From Octopus vulgaris (taxonomy: Eukaryota): a stretch of 64,000 nucleotides of DNA. The notes under the pieces are model-generated. The model searched no databases, had not been told where the DNA came from, and was given only the letters and a program-made list of their open reading frames with translations. Both the position numbers and the translations under genes were made by a program. Of this stretch, positions 1 to 14,160 are shown one piece after another. How positions within the stretch are numbered: the first letter of the stretch is position 1; each line of letters starts with the position of its first letter. Location of the stretch: NCBI GenBank assembly GCA_951406725.2, contig OX597834.1, positions 6,448,001 to 6,512,000 on the forward strand, read 5' to 3'.

Positions 1-201
1 ATTCCGCCAAGGTCAATGTTGCCTTTCATCCAATGTTGCCTTTCATCCTGGGTTTGATCTAATTGACTGGACCCCTCCCCTGAAATTTCGGGCCTTGTGC
101 CTAGAATAGAAAAGAATATTTACCAGAAAAAACTGGTACCATGCTTCTTTTATAGCAAAGATTACCAAGCTATTTGTTAAGCAGGGAATTGTTAAAATTT
201 G

Positions 202-880
202 TGGAAGGTGTTTGTAAGCCATTTAAGAAACACACAAAAGCCATTGCTTTAAGACCGTGACCTGTTCACCGACCAGTGAACAGGTCGCGGTCTTAAAGTG
301 ATGAAAATATTTTGACAAATTAAACTTAAATGTTGAAGTGAATCGCAGGAGTGGCTGTGTGGTAAGTAGCTTGCTAATCAACTACATGGTTCCGGGTTCA
401 GTCCCACTGCGTGGCATCTTGGGCAAGTGTCTTCTGCTATAGCCCCAGGCCGACCAATGCCTTGTGAGTGGATTTGGTAGACGGAAACTGAAAGAAGCCT
501 GTCGTATATATGTATATATATATATAAGTGTGTGTGTATATGTTTGTGTGTCTGTGTTTGTCCCCCCAGCATTGCCTGACAACCGATGCTGGTGTGTTTA
601 CGTCCCCGTCACTTAGCGGTTCGGCAAAAGAGACCGATAGAATAAGTACTGGGCTTACAAAGAGTATGTCCCGGGGTCGATTTGCTCGACTAAAGGCGGT
701 GCTCCAGCATGGCCACAGTCAAATGACTGAAACAAGTAAAAGAGTAAAAGAGTAAAGAGTAAGAGTACTGTTTTTGTGTGTTTCTTAAATGGCTTACAAA
801 CACCTTCCATGCTGCAATTCTTTTCGTTTCAGCACACGATCTCAGATCAAATCACTTGCTATGCAAGTACATTTCCGTAA
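202..880. repeat. Inverted-repeat element (38-bp IR 202-239/772-809 plus 23-bp hairpin 247-298), interrupted by a SINE; possibly Penelope-like
   Basis: tggaaggtgtttgtaagccatttaagaaacacacaaaa is the reverse complement of 772-809; ctttaagaccgtgacctgttcac pairs with gtgaacaggtcgcggtcttaaag (one G-U). Confidence 0.6.
346..766 (+). mobile_element. SINE family A (tRNA-derived head, central TA/TG microsatellite, (AGTAAAAG)n-type tail)
   Basis: A-box-like tggctgtgtggtaag, B-box-like gggttcagtccc, tail gactgaaacaagtaaaagagtaaaagag; about 20 related copies in the window. Confidence 0.9.
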
Positions 881-1184
881 TAAGTTAAAATTTGTACCAA
901 ACTGAAATAAGTATTGGAATCGATGTGATTGGCTAAAACCTTGAAAGATAGCTCTTCAGCATGGCTGCAGTCTAATGACTGAAACCAATGAAAGAATAGA
1001 AGAATTTAAGGTATCCATGGCTACCAGAGATTGAAAACCATCTCAGGTGTCTAGAGTAAATGTTTATGTTTTTTGTTGAGACAACTCAATCAGTAAACTA
1101 AACAATGGAAAAGAAACAGAATGATATAGCTTATATTGTATTTACCTATAACTACACTATAATAGCGCCACTGTCCATGTAATC

Positions 1185-1396
1185 TGGGGTTTTGATCTGT
1201 GTCAGCAGTATTGTAAATCTTGAACAAAATTTATTGGCAAAAACCAAACAAAAAATAAAACAGAATTAGAAAAAGTAACGATGAAAAAAATGGGGTTTTG
1301 ATCTGTGTCAGCAGTATTGTAAATCTTGAACAAAATTTATTGGCAAAAACCAAACAAAAAATAAAACAGAATTAGAAAAAGTAACGATGAAAAAAA
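1185..1396. repeat. Direct tandem duplication, 106-bp unit x2
   Basis: tggggttttgatctgtgtcagcag...gtaacgatgaaaaaaa starts at 1185 and again at 1291. Confidence 0.9.
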
Positions 1397-1769
1397 ACCC
1401 AGTCAATGTGCTGTGAAGAAAAAAATTATTCGGATATATTGACTCTAACCTTTGTCTTTCATCATTTCGACTCCAAACTTTATGCATTGGACACATGTAT
1501 GTGTGTGTGTGTGTGTGTGTTTGTGCTTGTGACTGTCTTGCAATACTAAAAGACATCTAAGTAAGGCAGCGAGAGAAAGTATCACAGAAGAATGAGATCA
1601 GGTGTGGATAGCAAATAAGAAGTGGCGAGTCTTTGTATTCTAAGGAGAGTTGCTATCATTTGCATTTAGTGATAATCAGTTTGGTCATGTGAAAGAAAGA
1701 ATTTGAGCATTTACTTAGCTGCCACCGCTACCACCACCACCACCACCACCACCACACCACCACCACACT

Positions 1770-1806
<37 letters not shown>

Positions 1807-2103
1807 GTGTGCTGAGTGTATTTTAGTGCTGGTGTGATTCAGCTTTATTTTCATAAATTTCTATAGAAACCTGCTTGCTTCCTTTTATGCTTAAAGCAAC
1901 TAATTTCAACAGTCTCGCTTAATATATATCATTTCAAACCTTATCGATGTTAGATGGACAAAATTTAGTTCTAAACTTTTATATTTTGTGTTCAAATCCT
2001 GCCAAGGTAAATATTTGCTTTTCTATCTTCCGGTAGTTGATAAAACTAAGTATTTGTCTTTTACTGGGGTTGATTTATGTTCCTGTAATTCTTCCAACAT
2101 ATT

Positions 2104-2443
2104 CATCATCATCATCATCGTTTAGCGTCCGCTTTCCATGCTAGCATGGGTTGGACGGTTCAACTGGGGTCTGGGAAGCCAGAAGGCTGCACCAGGCTCC
2201 AGTCTGATCTGGCAATGTTTCTACAGCTGGATGCCCTTCCTAACGCCAACCACTCCGTGAGTGTAGTGGGTGCTTTTTACGTGCCACCGTCACAGGTGCC
2301 AGACGAGGCTTGCAAACGGCTACGATCGGATGGTGCTTTTACGTGCCACCGGCACAGAGGCCAGTTTAGGTGGTGCTGGCTATGGCCACGTTCTGATGGT
2401 TCTCTTACATGCCACCGGCACTGGTATCACAGCTACAAATTCC
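2104..2443 (-). mobile_element. Family C retroposon (Meta-domain-like core, (GAT)n tail, internal ~60-bp repeats)
   Basis: Minus strand has gttggcgttaggaagggcatccagctgtagaaac, ends ccatgctagcatggaaagcggacgctaaacgatgatgat; many copies in window. Confidence 0.85.
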
Positions 2444-2821
2444 ATGAAATTATAATAGAAGACATGACAAGCTTTCTACAGTATACTTCTGTTTCAGATA
2501 TTTATCATCTGCAACTAGTTCCTGACATATGCTTACGACATGTATAACATATATAAAAACCACATGTGGTATGTGATATAACATAAACACATGTTATATT
2601 AATTATATATAACTAGTCATTTCTTTTGCAGCTTTGTCCTCCAAGGACATGGTGAAGGATTATGGGATTTCTTGAAGCATTATTATTAATAACAACAACA
2701 ATAATTTATATTTTATATTTTGTGTTCAAATCCTGCCAAGGTAAATATTTGCTTTTCTATCTCCCGGTGGTTGATAAAATTAAGTATTTGTCTTTTACTG
2801 GGGTTGATTTATATTTCCTGA

Positions 2822-3078
2822 TGCAGTACCAGGCAGTGGCTCTCATGGCTTCTGATCTTAACTGATTGGAAGTGTTATCATGTACATTGTTTTGTCTTGG
2901 TATAAAAGATGGATAACAGCAAATATTGTGCTCAATACCACAGATTTGCTTGTCATTTGCTTGACCTTAACCAGTTGAGCATGTCCCTTAGTGGCTGACA
3001 ATATGTGCATCTCTGACCACGAGCAGAAGTAACGGGGGAGCATCATAGCCATGTGTTGAGAGGGATTCTTTGGGGTTT
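2822..3078 (+). mobile_element. Interspersed repeat fragment (same family as 57010-57858)
   Basis: gattggaagtgttatcatgtacattgttttgtcttggt...gagcatcatagccatgtgttga matches the reverse complement of 57315-57858. Confidence 0.7.
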
Positions 3079-3417
3079 CATAGACTTCATGTCTTTTAGT
3101 TGCTGGGGTGGGAGACCATTTTTTTTCAGACACATTTCATGTTTTCTCTACAAACTACAAACAAACCCCCTACTCCCTTCTTTTTTTCTTCATACAAAAT
3201 GTAATGCAAATTTCAAACGGGGTACAGCTGTGGAAAGAGCCCAGAAAAATGAGTAATACTCCCTACAAAATGGGTGAGGGAGAAAAGTTGCCGACAGGTG
3301 GCTACGCAAAATTCTACTCTATACTTTAAAGAGTGTCTTCTACTATAGCTTCAGGCCAACCAAAGCCTTGTGAGTGAATTTGGTAGATGGAAACTGAAAG
3401 AAGCCTGTCATATATAT

Positions 3418-3467
<50 letters not shown>

Positions 3468-3596
3468 CAACACACAAGTGCAAACAAGGGAGTCAGAGAA
3501 AGGCAGAATGCCACTTATATCTGAACACTACTATAGAAATATTCCTTTAAAAAAACTTTTCTTCTAATTTTTCTAAATTTAATTATTTAATCGTTA

Positions 3597-3634
3597 CAGT
3601 TGAAAAGGTCTCAAAATGACCGAAACCAGTACTG
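3597..3634 (+). ncRNA. Minimal type I hammerhead ribozyme-like motif, U3/A8 core variant
   Basis: CAG-UUGAAAA-GGUC(UCAAAAU)GACC-GAAA-CCAG-UA-CUG: stem I CAG/CUG, stem II GGUC/GACC, GUA triplet. Confidence 0.55.
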
Positions 3635-3683
3635 AAATGTTCATTATAAAACTATTTTAGCATTTTCTATTTTTGACTTGTTT

Positions 3684-3723
<40 letters not shown>

Positions 3724-3737
3724 CATTTTTATGTGTG

Positions 3738-3875
3738 TTAGTTAGTTAGTTCATTTTTGGCTCAAAAGCAAAAAGCAAGGCCATGTAGGGGGACATGGAG
3801 TTATGTACAGGGTGGTGTTCATGTAAAGAGTTCAGGCCATTTGTGGTCAAAGGAGACTTTGAACTGAGCGGTCGT
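3738..3875 (-). mobile_element. CR1-like LINE 3' end fragment
   Basis: Reverse complement matches 59555-59694, with (TAAC)n tail. Confidence 0.8.
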
Positions 3876-4073
3876 GTCCTGCCACCACCATTGTTTGACA
3901 ACCAATGTTGGTGTGTTTGCATTCCTGTAATTTAGCTGTTCAGCAGAAAGGACTGATAGAATAAGCACTAGGTTTACAGGGAATAAGTCCAAGGGTTGAT
4001 TTCTTTGACTAAAGGGTGGTGCTCCAACATGGCCACCGTCAAATGCCTGAAAGAATTAAAAGAATAAAAGAAT
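3876..4073 (+). mobile_element. SINE family A, diverged 3' half
   Basis: tttgacaaccaatgttggtgtg...ggtggtgctccaacatggccacc. Confidence 0.75.
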
Positions 4074-4297
4074 ACGGAGGAACGTTACACACCACTAAAC
4101 CAAGAAGGTTCTTTGAATATGTAAGATGTATTCTAAGGTTAAATAGTAATTCTGTTTACGTTTTCGTAACTGAGATATTTTGGTTGGATTATATAATTAT
4201 TGGTTTTATACTTTTATATTCTGTAACTGCCACAATATAGAAACTTTAATCATGGCACCAGCACACAATATACAGATGCTTACGTTTTTTATGTATT

Positions 4298-4698
4298 ACT
4301 CTACTCTTCTATTTGTTTCAGTCATTTGACTGTGGCCATGCTGGAGCACCATCTTTAGTCAATCAAATCAACTCCAGGACTTATTCTTTGTAAGCCTAGT
4401 ACTTATTCTATCAGTCACTTTTATCGAACCACTAAGTGACAGGGACGTAAGCACACCAGCATCAGTTGTCAAGCGATGTCTGTGGGGGACAAACACAGAC
4501 ACACAAACATACACACACAGATATATACATATATACGACGGGCTTCTTTCAGTTTCCGTCTACCAAATCCACTCACAAGGCTTTGGTCGGTCTGAGGCTA
4601 TAGTAGAAGACACTAGCCCAAGGTGCAACGCAGTGGGACTGAACCCGGAACCATGTGGTTGGTAAGCAATCTACTTAGCACACCGCCACTCTTGCACC
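4298..4698 (-). mobile_element. SINE family A
   Basis: Reverse complement of the 346-766 family. Confidence 0.9.
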
Positions 4699-5276
4699 TG
4701 CACACAGCCACTCACAGGTCCAGCTAGTAATAATAATAATGATAATAATAATAATAATGATAATAATCCTTTTTATTATAAGCAAAGGGTCTGAAATTTG
4801 GGAGGAGGGTGGTAATCATTTACATTGCTCCCGGTGCTCAACTAGTCAAGATGTATGCGGGATAATAATTTTGATTTATAGCTTCGGCACAAGGCCTCAA
4901 ATTTCAGGGTAAGTTTCTATATCAATCTCAGTGCTGTAATTTATTGCCTCCACCCCCAGGAGGTTGAAAGTCAAAGTTTAACATGGGCAAAATTTGAACT
5001 CAGAAAATGTAAAGGATCTTAATTAAATACTACAAGGTATTTTGTCTGATACTCAACCAAATTTGTCACTCCAATATTATTATTATTATTATTGATGGTC
5101 AGATTGATTTACTGGCTTTGAAAAGCCAACACAAATAGTGAAAAATAACAATTTTTGAAATCTCTACAATAAATTGACCGGTTCTTTTATTTACGTTTTT
5201 TTTTTGCCAAAATGTTTTTTTTTATTTTCTTTATTTCAATTCTCTTTTTAGTTTCAAATTTTTACTTTGAATTTTC

Positions 5277-5530
5277 TTGTTGTTATTATGATTACTATTA
5301 TTAATATTATATCATTATCATTATTAATATTATATTATTCATTATTATTATTTTTATTGTTGTTCTTGTTATTATTATTATTATTTTTATTGTTGTTGTT
5401 CTTCTTATTTTATTTTTATTGTAGTTCTTGTTATTATTATTATTATCATAATCATTATTCATGTTATTATTATTATCATTGCTATTAATATGATGATGAT
5501 GATCATAACTATTTTTATTACAGTTATTAC

Positions 5531-5564
<34 letters not shown>

Positions 5565-5565
5565 A

Positions 5566-5612
<47 letters not shown>

Positions 5613-5779
5613 GTTATTATTTTATTATTATTATTATTATTATATTTATTATTATTATTATTGTTGTTATTATTATTATTATTATATTTATTATTATTAG
5701 AATTATTGTTATTATTATTGTTATTATTATTACTATTACTATTATTATTATTGTTATTATTATTATTATTGTTTTTGTT

Positions 5780-5811
<32 letters not shown>

Positions 5812-5832
5812 TATTATTATTATTATTATTAT
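5277..5832. repeat. (TAT)n/(CAT)n compound microsatellite
   Basis: Visible trinucleotide runs. Confidence 0.95.
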
Positions 5833-6414
5833 TTGCTCTTTTGACTTTACATTTTATGCAAATCAAGCTTAAAATTAGTTATTTGTGCTCTTTGATGACC
5901 TGATTTCTAATATTTTCTTCAATAATAGTTATTTTCAAAGAAATAGAAGAAAAGAAAAACCACAAAAATACAAAAATATTAACCACTTTTATCCAACAAC
6001 TATTAAAAAAAACGAAAAAAAAGAAAATTTACAATTACAACACATTTTCAGAGAATTTGTACTGAAATGGGTCAAGCTACATTAAGAAGACAATGATTTT
6101 CAGATAAAAAAGAAAGAAAAATAATTCAGACAGAAAAAATAAACAAACAATAAATAAAATAAGTTACAATATTATTTTTTTTTAAATGACAGAAGAAATG
6201 TTAACAAAAAAAATATATTCCATTTTATGTTTTGACCTGAATAATTTTGGAAAATGGAAAAAGTATTAAAAAAAAGGGTGTTAGATAATTAAATAAAATA
6301 AAAAAATATAAGTCATTAATTATGGACTCCCTTACGCACATATCAAAAAGAAAAGAAATACAGATAAAAGTAATAATTCTTATTTAATTATTGTTTGTTT
6401 TTTTAAAACCCTGT

Positions 6415-6571
6415 CATCATCATCATCATTATCATCATCATCATCATCATCATTATCATCTTCACCATCATCATTCTAGTTGTTATTATCATGATCATCA
6501 TCTTCATTGTTGTTATCATCAGCATCATCATCATTATCTTCATTATCATCATCATTTTCACCATCATCTAC

Positions 6572-6603
<32 letters not shown>

Positions 6604-6940
6604 TTAGCGTCTGGTTTCCATGCTAGCATGGGTTGGACGATTTGACTGAGGGCTGGTGAACCAGATGGCTGCACCAGGCTCCAATCTTGATCTGGCAGAG
6701 TTTCTATGGCTGGATGCCCTTCCTAATGCCAACCACTCCGTGAGTGTAGTGGGTGCTTTTAACATGCCAGGGTTGGCAAACGGTGCTTTTTATGTGCCAC
6801 CGGCACGGGGGCTGGGCGAGTCTGGAAATGGCGATGATCGGATGGTGCTTTTTACGTGCCACCAGCACAGGGGCCAGGCGAGGCTGGCAATGGCCATGAT
6901 CAGATGGTGCTTTTTACATGCCACTGGCATGGAGGCCCAT
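6415..6940 (-). mobile_element. Family C retroposon with expanded (GAT)n tail
   Basis: ccatgctagcatgggttggacg...ggatgcccttcctaatgccaaccactccg next to a long CAT run. Confidence 0.85.
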
Positions 6941-7191
6941 CGTCATTATCGTCATTATCATCAGCATCATTGTCAGGAAATCATATATATATAGAGAGCC
7001 TGTAAATCTCAACTTACCATTTTGTAAAATAAAATCCTGTATAAAGAAGTCTTGGGTCCATTTTGTGTAGAAATGGGAAAGGACAGACAACACTGGAATC
7101 TTTTCTATCCTGGTCCATCATAGTCCTACTTGAACTTAATTTGCAGGAATTTAAAAAGCCATTAAGTTTAGCAGTGTAACATAACTGGATA

Positions 7192-7421
7192 CTCTCTTTT
7201 ACTCTTACTCTTTTACTCGTTTCAGTCATTTGACTGTAGCCATGCTGGAGTACCACCTTCAGTCGAGCAAATCGACCCCAGGACTTATTCTTTGTAAGCC
7301 TAGTACTTATTCTGTCAGTTTCTTTTTGCCGAACTGCTAAGTTACAGGGATGTAAACACACCAGCATCGGTTGTCAAGCAATGCTAGAGGGACAAACACA
7401 GACACACAAACATATACACAC

Positions 7422-7459
<38 letters not shown>

Positions 7460-7905
7460 CGCCTGGCCCTTGTGCCGGTGGCACATAAAAAGCACCATCC
7501 GTTCGTGGCCGTTTACCCCAGTAGAACCGTCCAACCCATGCTAGCATGGAAAACGGACGCTAAACGATGATGATGATGATGATGATATATATATATATAC
7601 TGGCCTGCTCACTTAGCCAGTGGGTTGGCGTCATTTGAAGGCTAAATCAATGCGAAGCACATTGTGACCAGCGATGTGTAACAACATCTGATAGCCTGGT
7701 CGGTCACGGTGATCACGGTGATATATATATACATATTTATGACGAGCTTCTTTCAGTTTCCGTCTACCAGATCCACTCACAAGTCTTTGGTCGGCCCGAG
7801 GCTATAGTAGAAGACACTTGCCTAAAAGATGACACGCAGTGGGAATAAACCCGGAACCATGTGGTTGGTAAGCAAGCTACTTGCCACACAGCCACCCCTG
7901 CGCCT
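7192..7905 (-). mobile_element. SINE family A interrupted in its central microsatellite by family C (7459-7586) and family D tail (7600-7722) fragments
   Basis: SINE 3' half at 7192-7430 and 5' half at 7740-7905 flank two foreign fragments. Confidence 0.85.
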
Positions 7906-8483
7906 ATAGTCCAATTTACATATCAAACACATTCCTGGCAACTGGTAGGTACATATTAATTGTTAGCAAGGACTCAGTATTTCTGATAACATGCTATCAG
8001 TTATGTTAAAGCTTTGCAAGTCAATATTTCCTTTCTTTTGAGTTAACAGTATGATTTTCTAACTTCGAAGTTTATCTCTAAAGATTCTCTACAAAATCAG
8101 AGCCGGTGCTGCAAGTTGTGATGTTTCATATACGTCTATATGTCTATGCAAGCAGTGTTAACGAAGATAGAGATAGAAAAAATACTTGGCGAGTGTATAT
8201 GCATAATTCAAGAGTCCTACATACATACATACAAATGCATGTATGTATGTATCATTTATTTATACATAAGCATGTTTAGATATACAAGTATATGCATGAG
8301 AAGACATACATAGAAGAAAATATACAAATCTACATGTATACATACATACATATATACATATATACAAAAATACCCTGTTGTTGATGTTGAAATTCCAATG
8401 AAGGAGTCTTGAATCTAAGTTAGAAACTTGCTGTTTCTCTGTTGACAAGAAATCTTGAAATAAAACTGAATAATGATATTCAT

Positions 8484-8893
8484 ACTCTTTTACTCATTTA
8501 CTTGTTTCAGTCATTTGACTGTGGCCATGCTGGAGCACCACCTTCAGTTGAGCAAATCGACCTCAGGACTTATTCTTTGTACGCCTAGCACTTATTCTAT
8601 CGGTCTCTTTTGCTGAACCACTAAGTTACAGGGACGTAAACACACCAGCATCGGTTGTCAAGCGATGTTAGGGGTACAAACACGGACACACAAACATACA
8701 CACACATATATATACAAATACATATATACAACAGTCTTCTTTCAGTTTCCATCTACCAAATCCACTCACAAGGTTTTGGTCGTTCGAAGGCTATAGTAGA
8801 AGACACTTGCCCAAGGTGCCATGCAAAGGGACTGAACCCGGAACCATGTAGTTGGTAAGCCAGCTACTTACTACACAGCCACTCCTGTTCCTA
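8484..8893 (-). mobile_element. SINE family A
   Basis: Full head-to-tail match to the family. Confidence 0.9.
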
Positions 8894-10484
8894 TAAACAT
8901 ATATACACACATATATTTTAAATGAACGTTAAGCAAATATTATATGTATGTATGTATTAATCTTTGTTTTTATATACAGTTAAAATAAAAACAATCTTGA
9001 ACATATATACACACATATACACACATATATATGTATGTATGTATTAATCTTTGTTTTTATATACAGTTAAAATAAAAACAATTTATTGTTCTTGAGTACA
9101 AATTTATTGTTCTTGAACAAGAATGTCCAATTTTGGCTCAGCTGCCTGAAACTTTAGTCTCTGTCAACAACGTTCTTGTTTAAGAATGCAGTGCTCCAGC
9201 ATGGCTGCAGTCAAATGAGTGAAACAAATAAAAGGATAAAAGAATATATATCGTCATCATCATCATCAACATTTAGCATCTGTCTTACTTGCTGGCATGG
9301 GTTGGATGGTTTGCCAAGGGCTAGCAAGCCAGAGCACGGTGCCAGGCTGTATTGTCTGTTTTGGAGAGATTTTTTTGGTGTATATATGAAAGAAGTTTCT
9401 TTTATATTCATAATCATAAGGAACTGATTTTGATTTTATGGTGCAGAATCTTGGGCAAGTGTCTTGGTTAACAAATACTTTATAAACTCTGGATTTGATT
9501 TGATAACAGGAAACTGTACAGAAGCAAATATCTCCCCCACCCCAACACACACCCACAAAGACATAGACTTGTAAGTCTCAAATTTTTCTTTTTTCAGAAA
9601 ATACAAAAAAAAAAATTAGTTTCACCATTCCATAGCGAAACCACAGACAATTTTCATATCTTGGCATCTGAAGCAGCCGGAGATAGAACCAGCTCTTGCA
9701 AGCAAAAATAAATATCGCAAAAAACACAAATGGCCAAATTTAGACATACGACAGTTTAACATACAGCAATGATATATATATATATATATATATATGCATA
9801 TGTTTGTGTGTTTAAGAAAATCATGTCTGAAATTATGGTTGGTGATGTAAAATAAAATCTAGTGTTTACTAAAAGAGCGCAACTGAGAAAACTGACTGAA
9901 CGATAGACTAAAAACGTAAAAGAAAATAAATAAATAAATAATATTTGCAGTGGTTATAACTGTGTAAAACCCCGAGAAGGGGATGCACTAAAATGACAGA
10001 AAAACCAATGATTAAAATTTGTAAAAAATTTATGTGGGATCAAAACGAAATATCTAACACAAGAACATGTAAATCCCATTAGATTCTAAATAAAAAAGGA
10101 GTTAGGTGTAAATATTTGCTAAACTAAAGCCAAATGACTAGCTCGTGTCTGAGGTAAACATTTCATACGGGATGAAATAAAATATACATCATTTTAAAAG
10201 ACTCAGTGAAATTTTTTGCCGAGCAGACTCTAAACATTTAGTATGTAAGTTCTTGCACATGATATCAATCAGTGCAGCTATGTTACAAGTATTTTCTACA
10301 TCACTGTAACTCATCTGTGTATGTTTGGATTAAATAAGAAATACCAAAAAAAACAGACTGAGAGAGAAATAACCAAATATGGATATTCACTATAAATACA
10401 ATCGGCAAAAGTAAATGTAATTTTAAACATTTATATAAGTAAATATTGATACATTTACAAAAGTGAATGTGCACGAGTGTGCGC

Positions 10485-10493
10485 ATATATATA

Positions 10494-10553
<60 letters not shown>

Positions 10554-10766
10554 TAGATAAATAGATAAATATATAGATACATACATACATAAATATACAC
10601 ATATATGTATATATATATATATATGTATATCATGATTAATAATAGTAATACAAAACATTATATATATATATATATATATAGGGAGAGAGAGAGAGAGAGA
10701 GATAGATACATACATACATACAAACAAACATACATACATACATAAATATACATATATATGTGGGTG

Positions 10767-10808
<42 letters not shown>

Positions 10809-10877
10809 GATACATACATACATACATACATACATACATACATACATACATACAAACATACATACATAAATGTACAC

Positions 10878-10922
<45 letters not shown>

Positions 10923-11530
10923 CATACATGCATACATAAATATACATATATGTGTGTGTGTATGTATATATCATGATTAATAATAATAATGATACAACAT
11001 ATATATAAATATACAATCATATATATAAATACAAACATACATATGTGTGTGTATGTACATATTTGTATATGTGTATGTATGTATATATATATATATATGT
11101 GTATATTTATATATATACATATATATGTATGTATATATACATACACATACATATATATATATATGCACACATATATGTATGTTTGTATTTATATATATGT
11201 TTGTCTACACACATATATATACACACATATATATACACACATATATATACACACATATATATACATTCATGCGCAAACAATACATGCAACTTTTATAACA
11301 TAATTGTGCGTGTGCATCAATATATTCTGTATGTTCCCTCAGCAAAAGCATACATGTTATACGTATGTTTTGTGTGTGTATATGCATATACATGATGTAG
11401 ATATATGTTTAACAACGTTTTACTCACCGAATTACTCACACACTCACAGACACACACACACACACACACACACAGAGAAAAACACACTTACATGCAAAGT
11501 CACTCACACATACACACACACACATATACT
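10485..11530. repeat. (TA)n/(TACA)n/(CA)n compound microsatellite field
   Basis: Visible; includes a duplicated atcatgattaataata motif near 10629 and 10970. Confidence 0.95.
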
Positions 11531-11627
11531 ATTAACACCCACATGTGCACGCTAATGCTGAATAATTCATTTAAGATCACTTCAACAACAAATACCACAC
11601 ATCACACCAGACGAACATAAGTATTAA

Positions 11628-11766
11628 TATCATCATCATTGTCATCGTCATCATCATCATCATCATCATCATCATTATCATTGCTGTTGTTTTTATTCTC
11701 ATTATTATCATCATTATCATTATTATTATTGTTATTATTACTGTTATTATATGTTTGGGATTTTGA

Positions 11767-11805
<39 letters not shown>

Positions 11806-11882
11806 TACTATTACTATTACTATTATTAATATTATTATTATTATTAATATTATTATTATTATTACTATTACTATTATTAATA

Positions 11883-11913
<31 letters not shown>

Positions 11914-12246
11914 TATTATTATTATTATTATTACTATAATTATTATTATTACTATTACTATAATTATTATTATTACTATTACTATTATTATTATTATTAC
12001 TATTACTATTATTATTATTATCATCATCATCATTATTAGTATCAGTTTATTATCATTATTTTTACTATTAATATGATTTTTTCATCATCATCATCATTAT
12101 TATTATCATTATTGTTATTATTATTATGATGATGATGATGATGACGATTATTATTATCCTCATCATCATTATTATTATTATCATCATCATCATTATTATT
12201 AGTAGCATTTTATTATTATCATTATTTTTACTATTAATATGATTTT

Positions 12247-12297
<51 letters not shown>

Positions 12298-12382
12298 TTC
12301 ATCATTATTATTGTCATTATTATTGTCATTATTGATATTATTATTAATATGATGATGATGATAACGACGATTATTATTATTA

Positions 12383-12464
<82 letters not shown>

Positions 12465-12541
12465 CAACATTATTATTATTATTATTATTATCATTATTAT
12501 TATTATCAACATTATTATTATTATTATTATTATTATCATCA

Positions 12542-12611
<70 letters not shown>

Positions 12612-12758
12612 CATCATTATTATTATTATTATTATTATTATCATTATTATTATTATTATCAACATTATTATTATTATTATTATTACTATTATTATTATTA
12701 TTATCATCATCATTATTATTATTATTATCATTATTATTATTATCATTATTATTATTAT
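11628..12758. repeat. (ATT)n/(CAT)n microsatellite field, about 1.1 kb
   Basis: Visible trinucleotide runs. Confidence 0.95.
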
Positions 12759-13068
12759 TTGTTCCATGTCTAGAAGTTTCTATGTATTCAGTGCCTGACA
12801 TTCAATTACATATCCATCTCCAACACACATATTTAATTCCGCTTTTGTATCATTCATATTTTGTTTTTTATTTTTTTCTGTGTCATAATTTTCTATCTTT
12901 TTTCATACTTTGTGGTGTTTCCTTTTTTTTTTTTTTACTTATATACTTTTGATATATTTTTATATTTTTCACTTATTAGATTTCTGCTTTTCTTTATATG
13001 TTTTTTTTTCAATTATCGTTGTAACTGGGCATGATGAAACTCTGTATTTCATAAATACAAACGATTAT

Positions 13069-13550
<482 letters not shown>

Positions 13551-13890
13551 ATACCAATTAAATGAAAATGAGTCAAGAGAAATCACCCAGACTGTAGCCA
13601 GTAGGATGTACTAAAACAAAAACAAAACAAAATAAAAGATATATTAAATACCATATAAGATAAATTCTTTAAATACTGAAGTTATCTCTAGTTCTGAGAC
13701 CAGTTACTTGGTGGCAAATTGTACCAACTGAAATTAATACAGAGAGATAACCCTAACGATCAAGGGTTAACCCTAACTGAAATGCCTACAAGGAAACAAG
13801 ACACTTTCTGTATCTTAAAACAAAGGGACATACCTGTTACTGCTCAAACAGATATCACCAGTGTGTCTACATACAAACACACATACATGC

Positions 13891-13936
<46 letters not shown>

Positions 13937-14080
13937 AGAGAGAAAGAGAGAATCCAAGTTACCTTGAGTACATTGGAGCCTGTCAAGGTAGCAAAGTCAT
14001 GTCAGCGTGGAATATGAGTGAAAATGATGTTATATTTGCATGTGTGTGTGTGTATATACCATATTTCATTCCATAACTGC

Positions 14081-14160
14081 TACCCCTGATGAGCACAGGG
14101 TTACATAATCGGATTGTTACCTAACACTCTGTTGAATCTCTAGTGCGAAACTGATAGGTA
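14081..14160 (+). ncRNA. Degenerate type I hammerhead ribozyme-like motif
   Basis: taccc-CTGATGA-GCAC...GTGC-GAAAC-tg-ata-ggta: canonical core and stem II ends; helix III and stem I imperfect. Confidence 0.5.

Noticed and set aside
378-755. Recurring ORFs such as DGLLSVSVYQIHSQG...CPRCHAVGLNPEPC
   Set aside because: Chance frames within SINE family A; recurrence reflects the repeat, not a gene family
8385-8440. Hammerhead-like ccaatgaagg...agaaac
   Set aside because: Core and stems too degenerate to support
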